Shown: piece after piece, positions 26,615-39,704 of the stretch | Numbering within the stretch: the first letter of the stretch is position 1 | Layout: each line of letters begins with the position of its first letter | From: Octopus vulgaris | Taxonomy: Eukaryota | NCBI GenBank assembly: GCA_951406725.2 | Contig: OX597822.1 | Coordinates: 10,974,001 to 11,038,000 of the forward strand | Length of the DNA: 64,000 nt | Reading direction: 5' to 3' | Made by a program: the position numbers and the translations under genes | Notes under the pieces: generated by a model | Told to the model about the DNA's origin: nothing | Seen by the model: the letters and a program-made list of their open reading frames with translations, nothing else | Database searches by the model: none

Positions 26615-26996
26615 CAGAGTTGGCCAACATGAGGCTCGCGGGCTGCGTGCGGCCCGCAGACTTTTATCTTGCGGCCCGTTACTTTTATCTTGCAGACCGC
26701 TTGATACTTTCTTGAAATGGGTTTATTTAAACAAACACTTTAAAAACTTTGTCAAAAATTGAAGATTGTAATGAAAAGTATAAAAGAAAGATGCTACTGT
26801 TTTTGCAACGATAATATTTCACGTTGGATCAACGATCGTTCATCTCTTATTGTAATAATAGCATGAGAAACCAAAATGCTTTCAATTCTGTCTGCAGTGA
26901 TTATTTGACTGTTACTGCATAGAGTATACAAGCGGCCCTCAAAAAACATTCCGTGATTGAAGTGGCCCGCAGTGTTATTCGAGTTGGCCAGGCCTG
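26615..26996. mobile_element. hAT (Charlie-like) MITE
   Basis: Ends CAGAGTTGGCCAAC and GTTGGCCAGGCCTG, subterminal GCGGCCCG repeats, 8 bp TSD TTTTAACC/TCTTAACC. Confidence 0.85.
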
Positions 26997-27039
26997 TCTT
27001 AACCTAACTAAAGAATGTATTAAAGAATCATAAGGATAC

Positions 27040-27715
27040 AGTGTGATAGTCTGGAAATATTCTAGTCTCTCCACTTTCCAGTCGAAGTTTGTACGCCTGC
27101 TCATAGTCACATTGTGGACAGGCAAGACAGGCAAGGCAGCCACGGTTAGAGCGCCGATAGTAATTAACTGTTTATTTCGATTTATTGAGATCTTTTCTGT
27201 TCGGCTCACAGAGTTCAGTTGATTTTTTTACTACTCAACACGGCGTTTGCAGCAAATGGAGCTGCAAGTACTTTAGAGTATATATATATAATAGAATAAT
27301 AAAAAATGTTTTTGGTACAGTATATATTTGAAAACAATGAGTAGAGATGGCTTTGGTGGGGGGATAATTTTCATTTTAATGATAATGATTACAGTTACTC
27401 TGATGAGTTTCGCCTTTTTTCGATAGCCGTTTTCAAACTGAAATTCTGAGATTTAGAAGGTTGTTTATATATTTTTACTTTTATATACATAGTTATATTT
27501 ATTACATATCTTTTACTTTTTTATATTTATATATAATTCTTATTTACATTTGCAAATCACATATCGTACCTTGCTTGTATTTCATGAATGAGCTACTCTG
27601 CGTCGGTCTCCGGAGTGATATTTGACCACTTTATAGAGTGTTCGAGTGTCAGTTTGGAATGGAATAGTTTACCTCATGGGTTGGTAATCTACCTAGGAGA
27701 AGGAAATCACAGAAA
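27040..27715 (+). mobile_element. Possible decayed Penelope-like GIY-YIG end and pLTR
   Basis: Broken LYACS*SHCGQA..GK..R resembles Y.C..CG..Y.G.T.R; followed by CTGATGAGTTT..AAACTGAAA and an AT-rich tract. Confidence 0.35.
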
Positions 27716-27724
27716 TATATATAT

Positions 27725-27905
27725 AGGGAGAGTTTACGAAAAAAACAAAAGACGAAGATAGGTGGTGTACAAAACAAACAGATGTATTAGTATAACGCTC
27801 AGGAATAGAAAAAGTCTTTTACGTTTCGAGCCTACGCTCTTCTACAGAAAGGGACACAGAAAAAACAAGGAGAGAGAAAATGTGTGTAGTGGCTAACGAT
27901 CTGTG
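27725..27905 (-). mobile_element. Short (TA)n-adjacent Penelope-like repeat, family P1
   Basis: Shares CTTTCTGTNGAAGAGCGTAGGCTCGAAACGT and CACCTRYCTTCGTCTTTTGTT with copies at 34085, 40800 and 61650. Confidence 0.7.
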
Positions 27906-28107
27906 GACAAACGAAAGGAAAGAGCACTCAACACATTTATTGGGAGTTATATGTATTGTTGAAAACAGTTTCATTCGGATTCTGTGCTCCTTCAAGTTTC
28001 GAAGCCCTTAATGGAGCCTGGGGAGATAGTCTCCGTTGGGAACTTCGAAACTTGGAGTAGCACGGAATTCGAGTCAAACTGTTTTGAATAATGTGTGTGT
28101 ATGTGTA

Positions 28108-28159
<52 letters not shown>

Positions 28160-28168
<9 letters not shown>

Positions 28169-28920
28169 TTTTTGCTTATTTGTGTAACTGATCAATACGA
28201 GTTGACTGTACACAAACGCTAATGATACGAAGTGAACTGTTACATATTTTATAGAGCTTTGTTGCGATGATAGCTCGAATAGGACTGGCACAGCCCATGA
28301 TGAATCTAATATGTCATTGAAACATGAATTTGTTGTTTCTTTCTGTTGGCCAAATGATAATGCCTATGTTTTCTTCTTCGAATGTTTACTGTCTTTACTG
28401 TCTTCTTTGGCTGCTGAGAAGGATTCGAGGACCTTGTATATAACACATAATCGGTTTCCTTTTCTACGTGTATATGATGTGCCTACGGTGTTGAGTGTGA
28501 CGTATAGTCCTATTTGATATCCTGTAGTGTTGCTGGTAAGAAAGGAGACATTGATTTTCGTGGATAATGCTTTAAGTCAGATGTTTTGAAACCAGGTTTC
28601 AATGTAATTGATGTAGAGTTGGCGTAATTATGCAGTTGTATCTGGATAATGGTGGAAGCGTGTAAGTGGTACATCATCAGTGTATAGAGTCGCGTGTATG
28701 ATTTGTGGATGCGTGAAAAGATCGAGTAATTATGCGTTAAAAATGACAGGTGAGAAGACTAACCTTTGTGGTCCCAATTCGGGAAATTCCAATGTTGCTG
28801 TATGCTGCATAGGCTTGGCGACCACACATGTTTGTTGAATAGGATTTTGTACTATCTCCCAAAGCGGTGTTGAGCATTTTATGTGAAAGGGGATGGGGTT
28901 TAGCAGGCTGTGAATGGAAT
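28160..28920 (-). pseudogene. Possible highly decayed reverse transcriptase fragment (Penelope-like?)
   Basis: Minus-strand LYTDDV near 28670 in coding-like but stop-riddled sequence, between P1-type repeats. Confidence 0.3.
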
Positions 28921-29104
28921 CGAAAGGAGGGTTGCTGATGTCAATACTGATGACGATGAGAAGGTGAAGAGGAAGAGTAGGTAGGGGTGGATAAGGAGGA
29001 CGTGGAGCAGGTGGAGAAGGTGGAGGATAGTAAAGTGTAGGGGTGAAGGATGTGCCATTGCTCATGATAATAATGTTAGTTGTAATTATGATGATGATAC
29101 CTAC

Positions 29105-29251
<147 letters not shown>

Positions 29252-29269
29252 TTAATACCCCACCGCAAA

Positions 29270-29465
29270 AAAACGGAGAAAAATCACAATAAGAAAACAA
29301 TAACGCGGGGACGTGGTACATCCAAAGTATTAATAAAACACTCAGAGAAGGAAAGATAGGGTGTTTTACGTTTCGAGTAAAGCTCTTTATCAGAAACAAG
29401 AAACAGAAGAAAGTCCCAGAGAAAAGGAGGACGGAGGGGGAAAAATCACCAACAATCCCCATGTA
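29270..29465 (-). mobile_element. P1-related short repeat with hammerhead-like motif
   Basis: Minus strand reads GTTT-CTGATAAAGAGTTT-like core: TTTCTGATAAAGAGCTTTACTCGAAACGTAAAAC. Confidence 0.5.
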
Positions 29466-29480
29466 GTTACATATATATAT

Positions 29481-29624
<144 letters not shown>

Positions 29625-29775
29625 CTAATACACCTAGCTGTTGCTCATACACCTGTCTTCGTCTTGAAAGAAAATTCCGAATGACCCGTTCTTGTTTTTT
29701 CTTGTCCCTTTTTTTGTATCATCTGTCTGGATGTTTTGCGCTCTTGTCCCATTTCTTGTATTCCGTTATATATAC

Positions 29776-29828
<53 letters not shown>

Positions 29829-30094
29829 CAGACAGACAGACAGAGAGACAGAGGAGAGAGAGGGAGAGAGAAAGTGAGAGAGGGAGAGAGAAAGAGAGAA
29901 AATGATAGAGTAAGATAGACAAATACAGGTATATCAAATGCCATAAAACATAGGCTTGATGTATTAAAATTTCCTTTGCTTCGAGAGGATGTATCAAATT
30001 ACCAAATGGCAATTGGAACCATTTCCAAACGAGAGTGGGGATAATCCCGAGAATTTCCAAGTTTCCATGTGCCAAAATTAACCTGAAGCTATAT

Positions 30095-30510
30095 CTTTTA
30101 TCTTTTCTTTTGCTTGTTTCGGTCATTTGACTACGGCCATGCTGGAGCACCGCCTTGAAGAGTTTTAGCTAAACAAATCGACACTAGAACTTAGTTTTTG
30201 ATGCTTAGTGCTTATTCTATCGGATCTCTTTTGCCGAACCACTACGTTACGGGGATGTAAACATATCACCACTGGTTGTCAAGCGGTAGTGGAGGACAAA
30301 CACAGACACAGAGATAATACACATAGATATATACATATATATATATATACGACGGGTTTATTTTAGCTTCCTCTTATCAAATCCACTCACAAGGCTTTGG
30401 TCGGCTCGAGGCTATAGTAGAAGACACTTGGCCAAGGTACCACACAGTGGGACTGAACACAGAACCATGTGGTTGAGAAACAAAATTCTTATCACACAGC
30501 CATGCCTACA
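30095..30510 (-). mobile_element. SINE family A
   Basis: Full-length match to family A. Confidence 0.88.
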
Positions 30511-30961
30511 CTTATCGTAGAAGATATTTGTCTAAAATGCTACGTAACCCGAACCTATAGTTATTACCACGTGACTACTCTTTGAAACGGGACAGTCATA
30601 ACCAGAATTAATTACACCATTAACTGAGCAAGGCTGGCGGAGCTGTGCAGCAACTTGTAAGGTATTTCATCAAGGAGATGGCCACTCTCCATATACTCCT
30701 ACAGCTTGTTAGTCACTGCAACCGTCTGCTGAGCCAGTGTCGTCTGATTTGCAAGCCTAATCAGTTGGATCGAATCGCGTAGACTGATATTCACTGTACA
30801 ATAACTAAGTGCAGGTAGGAAATGAAACCCAGCAGCGTCAAGGAACGTTTATGTACAGCTTGAAGGTGTACAGCTCTTCCTTGTGATTTTGAGACACACG
30901 AAAACTGCCATTAGTCGAGCAAGGAGGGAACAACAACAACAACAACCTCAACAACAAACTA

Positions 30962-31180
30962 TACGTAGGGCTGATGAAAAGCTTCCGACTTTGTGTAAAA
31001 AGAAATACTGGAAGATCAGTTAAATATGAGTTTATTCAACGTATTCCCTTCTCAGATTCACTTGTATTGCAGCGGTCTTTCAGTTTTTCTAAGCCCTGTA
31101 AAGGAACCCGGTAGGTTGGGTCTCCAGCCAGGCCTTTCGCAATACCCAAAAGGCCAGGAATTTTTCAGCATCCCCTCGTG
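30962..31180 (-). mobile_element. Mariner-derived non-autonomous element
   Basis: Degenerate TIRs (TACGTAGGGCTGATGAAAAG and TTTTTCAGCATCCCCTCGT); inverted homologue of 49760-49979. Confidence 0.7.
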
Positions 31181-31889
31181 TGTCACAAAACAATACAATA
31201 CCGCATAACACGAGAGGGCATCATCAAACTCGATAAAATATAATTGCATAACAACAAAACAACATATGAAAAAAAAAACATGAAAACTAAACACATCTCA
31301 CAACACAATTGACAAGAAAGTATTAAGAGAATGCAAATTACAGACATATGAAGAGTTTATCAGATGAAGAATGTCATTTAGAATGTTCCAAGATAAGACG
31401 TTTCTGGAGAGGTTGTTGTTATTGTTGTTGCTGTTGTCGTCGTACGAACAATTTATATTTGGTATTTGGTTCCTTGACATTGTTTGTCCTTGCAGTTGTC
31501 GTTCTTAGTTTTATAGTAATCATTGCAGTTGTATTTGTTGTTGTTGCATTTGTTGTTGTTGTTGTTGTCCTTCTTCTTCCTCTTGTTCTTGTTGTTGTCA
31601 ATGTTATCTTTGCTACAAGCAAAAATAAGTTGTCATTATATTATTGGAGTCGGTACTGTTATTGTTGTTGCTGTTGTTGTTGTTTACTTGATATTTTAAC
31701 GAGATTTGAACTTGTTATTTATCCAAAGTGTTAGAAAAGAATGCCGAGTGGAATTTAACAGTTGCATATCTTTAGGTCGTGAGTTCAAATCCCGCTGAAC
31801 GCCTTAACATCATTTACTCTTTCTGAAACGATGGCAAAGAAACAGTAATTCAAGTCATGGACTCTTTTTAAACAACTGTAAACACTCAT

Positions 31890-32054
31890 AGGTGCAGGAG
31901 TGTCTGTGTGGTAAGTAGTTTGCTAACGAACCACATGGCTCCAGGTTCAGTCCCACTGCGTGGCACCTTGAGCAAATGTCTTCTACTATAGCCTCGGACC
32001 GACCAAACCTTGTGAGGGGATTTGGTAGACGAAAACTGAAAGAAGCCCGTCGTA

Positions 32055-32115
<61 letters not shown>

Positions 32116-32325
32116 CTATCTGTCTGTCTGTGTTTGTTCCCTCAACATCGCTTGAAAACCGATGCTGGTGTGTTTACGTCCCCGTAACTTAGCGGTTCGG
32201 CAAAAGTGACCGATAGAATAAGTACTAGGCTTACAAAGAATAAGTCCTGGGGTCGATTTGGTCGAGTAAAAGCGGTGCTCCAGCATGGCCACAGTCAAAT
32301 GACTGAAACAAGTAATAGAGTAAAA
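31890..32325 (+). mobile_element. SINE family A
   Basis: GGTGCAGGAGTGTCTGTGTGGTAAG head through GAAACAAGTAATAGAGTAAAAG tail. Confidence 0.9.
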
Positions 32326-33309
32326 GAACTGCCCTTCATTCATACAGCTGCAATATGCATGAAGTTCGAGGTACCTCTATTAATACAGTGCCGTACCAAT
32401 ATTTATGCGGGTACCTCAGGCTTCACCGATGTTGATGAAGAATCTACGAAACTACATCTCATATTACCTTGATAAATACACGGCTGAGACAGCATTCCTA
32501 CATGGTCTATCGGTCTGCTAGAAATAACAGCCAAATCTCACATTACACCGAACCGTCTTAGAAAAAGAAACTCTTCGGTTAACATCATCCTGCTTGTACA
32601 TTGCCTTGGGAAAATGGTTTAAATGATGACGATTTGTTGGTCAAGCATTTCATCATAAATCTGTTTGACCAGGACTGGCCTGGCGCTAAACAACCGCCAT
32701 AACTTCTAAATTTATGACGGATCATACAATACGCGTACAAAATTTTACCTAGGTATTCTCCTCGCACCATCGACTACCGTATTTAAAACAACATTACTGT
32801 TCTCGTTCCGTATTAATCATTCAGAAATTCAAACATCTAATGGGTATTAAGTTGTAAACCTAGTAAAACAGAAAGAAAAAAAAAGAAGCATCCATTATAA
32901 AGCTGTCTGAAGTTTACTATCTGGAAAATAGGTAGTAATCCCACATGATGATGAAGAAGATGGCACTTACGCTTAAAAATAACTCATCCGAGATAAGAAA
33001 AAAATTAGAAGGGAGAAGTATAAAACAAACTTTCCTTTAACAAACGAAATAAAAATTTTGATATGATCAAATTTAGCATTCAAATTTTTTAATAGATTTT
33101 TGCAAATAATATGAAAATACAAGAAATTTTTGTTTTCCGGTAAATTGTGATAACTTTATAGTTTTTAATTTTTAAATTACTTGTGTCTTTTAGAGTTCCT
33201 TTCTCGGTTTTATTTATTTATTTATTTATTTTTTTACTTTTATATTAAGATAGTTTCTTTAACATTCGCGGGTACAATTTTACACTAATTTGGCTGTTCA
33301 TTTATTTGA

Positions 33310-33315
33310 ATGATG

Positions 33316-33379
<64 letters not shown>

Positions 33380-33563
33380 TAGTAATAATGATAATAATAA
33401 TGAGAAGAAGAAGAAGAAGAAGAAGAAGAAGAAGAAGAAGAAGAAGAAGAAGAAGAAGAAGAAGAAGAAGAAGAAGAAGAAGAAGAAGAAGAAGAAGAAG
33501 AAGAAGAAGAAGAAGAAGAAGAAGAAGAAGAAGAAGAAGAAGAAGAAGAAGAAGAAGAAGAAG
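33310..33563. repeat. (TAA)n then (GAA)n microsatellite
   Basis: Directly visible. Confidence 0.97.
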
Positions 33564-33776
33564 ACGGGATCCAGTGTAAACATTGATGAAGAAACAATGA
33601 AAGACAACAACGAAAATAAAAATTTTACCAAAAGTATAAAGTAAGAAAAAAAAATTTTAAGCCATTCGATGATAAGAACAACATGAATGCAGCAATAAAA
33701 AGAAGAACAATAAAAATTTGGCAATGTATCTGCCTTTTCTCGATATCAGATGTCAGGAGGAAGCACGAACTGACGA

Positions 33777-33834
<58 letters not shown>

Positions 33835-34084
33835 CAAAGAAACAAAGAAACAAACAAACAAAGAAGGAAAGAAATGAAAAATGTTAAATTTACAGATTTG
33901 AATGAAAGTTCGTCGCGTCGCTAAGACCGTGTTCTTTAGTTTCGCTTGTTTAACATTCCTGGAAATTTGAAGAAGATGTTGCTTCAATGGTCATTGTAAA
34001 ACAGTGAATGAATTCAAATGTCACACATGCATACACATACACACACACACACACATGCATATATATATTCATATGCATGCATGT

Positions 34085-34380
34085 ATATAACCCTTTTATC
34101 AACCCTATTATCTCCCCTTATTTCGCTCTCGCGTCTCATGTTTGATCTTTGACCTCTGGCCGAAATCAGATCGCCATGTTGATTCGTTAGCTACTGCACG
34201 CATTTTTTTTCTCTCCTTCTTTCTGTGTTTTTCTCTCTCTGTGTATCTTTCTGTTGAAGAGCGTAGGCTCGAAACGTTAAAGACTTGTTTTATTTATATT
34301 TCCTGAGCGCCATACTAATACAATTGTTCGTTTGTTTTCCACCTGCCTTCGTCTTTTGTTTATTTTCATAAAGCTTCCCG

Positions 34381-34382
<2 letters not shown>
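34085..34382 (+). mobile_element. Family P1 Penelope-like repeat ending in (TA)n
   Basis: Close inverted match to 61650-61955; hammerhead-like motif at 34246-34283. Confidence 0.75.
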
Positions 34383-34436
<54 letters not shown>

Positions 34437-35032
34437 ATTAGTATGCATATAGACTTTTATATACATATGTATATGTATACTTATATGCATATACACATAT
34501 ATATACATACTTGTATATATGCATGTAGGATCTTTTCATTTTCAAGGCCTGATTTGTCAGATTTTTCCTACTTAACCAAACAATTTGAAACTTCGTATAC
34601 TGGCTGAATGTGTCAAAAGCAAACATAATTGTAAACCAGAATGAAAACGGAATTGTAATTTCTAAGTTTAACGTTGTTTAATAATTAGAATTTTAACCAA
34701 TGGTATTCGGTCTTTCGGCTTCATATTATTTACTCCCTCTCAATAGACGTAAACGGCTATTTTGCTGACGTAGTTAACATACGTGAAGTGTAAACACCCG
34801 GTAACCGTATTCCTTTCGTTCTTATTCACATTTTTTTATATATTATTAACTAACTTATATATTAAACTTATATATTATATAACTAACTTTTTGTTTTTAT
34901 GTTTTCGTTTCTCATTGTGTTCAAGGTTTTTTTTTTTGGATGCCCTCTATCCATATATGCATGTACATATACATATATATGCAAGTATGTACATGTATGT
35001 ATGTATGTATATATGCATACATTTACATATTA

Positions 35033-35394
35033 CTAGCACTATGACCCGGCAACGCCGGGTCATACTGGTAGTGCATGCATATACAGCTGCGTGCGTGCGC
35101 ACATACACACGAGTACTGTCCAAATCTCCGACCAATCACATACAGCTAGCTGGCATTCAATTAGCGTATCAAGTTTCGGGCATTTTGATTGGGTTTAGGA
35201 AAGAAAATTTACAAAAAAGTCACATCTATTAATTTTTAATGGCTTTGTGGGGTGACTGGGGAAATGTAAAGATATGCACGACCACCCTTGGACGGTTTTG
35301 AATGAACATAGAAAGTGCGGGCCTCTAACTGAAAAATTGTGGATTTGTATAAAGGACACACACACAGACATTTTGCCTTTTCTATATAGAGAGA
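35033..35394 (-). mobile_element. Non-autonomous Helitron, family H2
   Basis: Minus strand A|TC start, TATGACCCGG..CCGGGTCATA hairpin, then CTAG|T. Confidence 0.8.
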
Positions 35395-35436
35395 TTTATA
35401 TTATTATATGATCGAACGCAACGCATCTTTTTCCAA

Positions 35437-35468
<32 letters not shown>

Positions 35469-35489
35469 TCATACATATACACTCATATA

Positions 35490-36380
35490 TATAGGGTACG
35501 AAGAATAAACTGTCGTTTAAATTACGCAAAAATGAAAATAGCACTGACATCTCATTTTTTTAGCAGATATATCTATATATTTACCAAAATTACATAAAAA
35601 TATCTTGAAATACTAAAGAGTAAATTTATTCAATGAAATCACCATTGGCTTCAACCACGGCCTCCAGACGGAATCTCCTGCAACTATTCTGGATGATCTC
35701 CTTGTTTAAGTTGGTCAATGCTGCCACAATATTTGCCTTCAGTTCATCTTTGGTGTTACAAAGAGTTTTGTTCTCTCACTCAACTACGCCTCACACATAA
35801 TAATCAAGAAGCTTGCAGTCTGGGGAGTTTGATGGCCAGTTTTTAGGGTCGAAGTGGTCGCACAAATTGTCTGACAGCCATGACTGGGCTCTCCAGCTCG
35901 TGTGGCAAGGTGCAGAGTCCTGTTACCAAACATAGGATCTTCTAGCAGCCACCCTCTCGACCTAGGGCAACACTACCTCCACCAGACACTTGCTGTAAGC
36001 CTCCGTGTTAAGTCTGAGGCCGTGTAGGAAGATGAATGGATGGATAACGTTGCCATCACTAGTGATCACTCCAAACACCATGATGTTCACTGGATGTTTG
36101 ATTTTTATCCCTCTCAGTACATGTCTTCAGATTGCGCAGTACTTAGATTGACACCCAAACTCTCTGAAATATTCATATTAGAGCTACCAGCAAGAATGCC
36201 AAGCGGTGCAGCATGTCGTTTCCAAATTTGTGGAAGAGTGAATTGCATCATGGTTTTGTTTTTCTTGCTGACGGAGCCCAACTGACCCTACTAAACTGTG
36301 TAGTCGACAAAATCAAAAATAATGCGCATGTGCGAAATCAAAAATATAAAATGGCGACAATTTAACCCTCACATTCTGTA
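35490..36380 (-). pseudogene. Decayed Tc1/mariner transposon, DD37D (maT) type
   Basis: Minus strand YVW*QDSAPCHTSWRAQSWLSDNLCDHFDPKNWPSNSPDCKLLDYYV*G has 37 residues between the 2nd and 3rd catalytic D; degenerate TIRs. Confidence 0.85.
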
Positions 36381-37544
36381 TATGCATACACATACATACT
36401 TACATGCATGTATACATACATAATACATACATACGTGTGTGTGTATGTACGCAGATATGTATATATATATTGTATAATGCTATGTTATTCATATAATTAC
36501 TTACGCTTATACTCTTTATATTAGAATTGCTCGTGCTAAAGGTTAAAATATAGCTGTCGCGAAGACAATCGAGCTAAGAGTGAATTTAGTTGTTAAAGTG
36601 ACCTGGAAAATTGATGAGAAGAAAAAGAAAGGATGCGATTAAGCGGCTTGTTGAAATCCCAAGACGACAATTTTCTTCAGATGTGCTTCAACGACCTAAA
36701 GAAAGATTAACGAACATGAAATATAATTTAACGTTCAGCACCTTGCGTCTTAGCTGAATCATTGGTAGCCATTTCTCTCCCTCTTTCTTCTTTCTGCTTT
36801 TCTCTTTCCTTCGTTTTTAATACCGTGTTAACATTTGCTATGTACATGCCTCGGTGGACGTTAACAGCACAATCATCTACATGGCTTTTTCTTACAGACT
36901 ATTATTTAACGAATGGCATTGTAGTCTTGTTATTTATTGCCGCCATTTCAGATTTGACGTCGGATTGCTATAGATTAACATTGGCTAAGCCTATTAGCAT
37001 ATCAATAAACGTTAATAACATACGACATAAGAATCGCACAGTTAACAAAGCGTATTAGCCTATCGATAAACATTATCAGAGCAGCGGTACTACAGATTAG
37101 TATTGTTAACAATTCATACTACAAATCAACAAACATTATTACCACTGCAAAACAAACAATAAGCTGTTATCGCTATCAAATGGTATCATAATATTATCAT
37201 ATTAATCGACATTATCACAATATTACAATAGATAAACCGTATTATTTCACCAACAAAAATTATCTCACATTATAGGCTTAATGTTAGATTAACAAAAAAA
37301 TAAATGGCGCCTCTGCTATTAACATTATAAATCGACCTCATCAATACATACAATATAATCGATCATTATATTATCACTATAGATACAACTGTTCAATCAA
37401 CATTATCATTGCTTATTGCTTAACATGTAAGCTGTAATCGATAAATCAATAGTAAACACAATTAGTGCTAATTAGCTGTAGATTAACACTAAAGGTAAAC
37501 ATTAACATTGTGAATTATCATCAGTATTATTGTATTAAAGGAAA

Positions 37545-37593
37545 TATTGTTATAATAATAATAATAATATTAATAATTATCATTATTATTATC

Positions 37594-37667
<74 letters not shown>

Positions 37668-37723
37668 CATCATCATCAACATCATTATCATTATTATCAT
37701 TATTATCATCATCATCATCATCA

Positions 37724-37774
<51 letters not shown>

Positions 37775-37775
37775 T
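37545..37775. repeat. (ATT)n/(CAT)n/(TTTA)n microsatellite
   Basis: Directly visible. Confidence 0.93.
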
Positions 37776-37807
37776 CCGTTCATTCATATTTTTTTGTGGG
37801 GGGGGGG

Positions 37808-38025
37808 GGGTGAGCTGGCAGAATCATTAACATGTTGAACAAAATGTTTAGCAGCTTTTCGTTCGTCTACTTTCTAAGTTCAAATTCCACCGAGGTAGAC
37901 TTCACCTTTCACCCTTTTGGGGTTGATAAAATAAAGTACTATCTGAGCACTGGGGTTGATGTAATCGACTGACTCCCTTCCCCAAATTGCTGGCCTTGTG
38001 CCAAAAATTTGAAATTGTTATTATG
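37808..38025 (+). mobile_element. SINE family B
   Basis: GAGCTGGCAGAATC head, core, and GGCCTTGTGCCAAAA tail. Confidence 0.82.
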
Positions 38026-38324
38026 TGATGAAAACTCACAGCTTATTTTGCTGGGTATGATGGAAAGTGCCAGCTGTCCCCAGCCAGCAGATTAAGGTGA
38101 CCCTTCTTTACTGGTCATGCTTCAAGAACCCTGCGAAGAATTCTTGCAGTTCCAAGCAATGCTGGTTTTTGTATGTGTTCTACCTTCTCACTTGCACCGA
38201 TCTTTTCCAGCCATGTTGGTAGCTGAGTGCTGACACTTCCAAGTGCACCAGTTACTATTAGTATCACGTCTACTCTCCTCATTGACCACAACTTTCGTAT
38301 TTCACACATCAAATCCTCATACAC

Positions 38325-38730
38325 TTTACTCTTTACTCTTTTACTTGTTTCGGTCATTTGACGGCGGCCATGCTGGAGCACCGCTTTTAGTCGAGCAAAT
38401 CGACCCCGGGACTTATTCTTTGTAAGCCCAGTACATATTCTATCGGTCTCTTTTGCCGAACCGCTAAGTGACGGGGACCTAAACACACCAGCATCGGTTG
38501 TCAAGCAATGCTAGGGGGACAAACACAGACACACAAACACACACACATATATAAATATACATATATACGACAGGCTTCTTTCAGTTTCCGTCTACCAAAT
38601 CCACTCACAAGGCATTGGTCGGCCCGGGGCTATAGCAGAAGACACTTGCCCAAGATGCCACGCAGTGGGACTGAACCCGGAACCATGTGGTTGGTTAGCA
38701 AGCTACTTGCCACACAGCCACTCCTGCGCC
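38325..38730 (-). mobile_element. SINE family A, young subfamily, nested in LINE
   Basis: Near-identical to 39303-39704. Confidence 0.92.
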
Positions 38731-39302
38731 TCATAATTGTTTATTTTTTTCTTCTTCCTCATTGATCCTATTGTCACCGGGGTATGCAATGTCGATTATC
38801 ATGCATGCTCTTTCTTTTCTATTCACCACAACAATGTCCGGTTTCCGATGTCTGGTCAGGTGATCGCACTGAAACATTGCATCGCACTGGATTTTGCAAT
38901 TCTCGGTGACTCATTCTGGATTTTGCTCATACCATGTCTTTGCTCTTCGTAGGCCGTGATTTCCACAAAGCTCCCAATGGATCATTCTTGCCACATTGTC
39001 GTGGCGTCTTTCGTATTCGCGTTGTGCCAATTTCAAGCATTCACTAACGATGTGCCATACCGTTTCACCCCTCTCACCATACATTCTGGTAGTGTTGTCT
39101 ATTCTGCACTTTACATAGTTGGTCCTTAACGGTGGTACTTGAGCTACGCATATGAGTGCTTGTGTCTATACCTTCAGATCACTCCTCATCCATAGCGAAT
39201 GCTCTTCTGTGTTTGTCTTGGCGTTCGCATCTCTTGCTAACTGACCTACATTTTCCTCCTTCCATGCTGTTTTTTTTCGTGTGTGTGTGTGTGTGTGTGT
39301 GT

Positions 39303-39704
39303 CTTTTTCTCTTTTTACTTGTTTCAGTCATTTGACTGTGGCCATGCTGGAACACCGCCTTTAGTCGAGCAAATCGACTCCGGGACTTATTCTTTGTAAT
39401 CCCAGTACTTATTCTATCGGTCTCTTTTGCCGAACCGCTAAGTGACGGGGACGTAAACACACCAGCATCGGTTGTCAAGCAATGCTAGGGGGACAAACAC
39501 AGACACACAAACACACGCACATATATAAATATACATCTATACGACAGGCTTTTTTCAGTTTCCGTCTACCAAATCCACTCACAAGGCATTGGTCGGCCCG
39601 GGGCTATAGCAGAAGACACTTGCCCAAGATGCCACGCAGTGGGACTGAACCCGGAACCATGTGGTTGGTAGGCAAGCTACTTACCGCACAGCCACTCCTG
39701 CGCC
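39303..39704 (-). mobile_element. SINE family A, young subfamily, nested in LINE
   Basis: Near-identical to 38325-38730; TCGTGTGT on both flanks. Confidence 0.92.
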
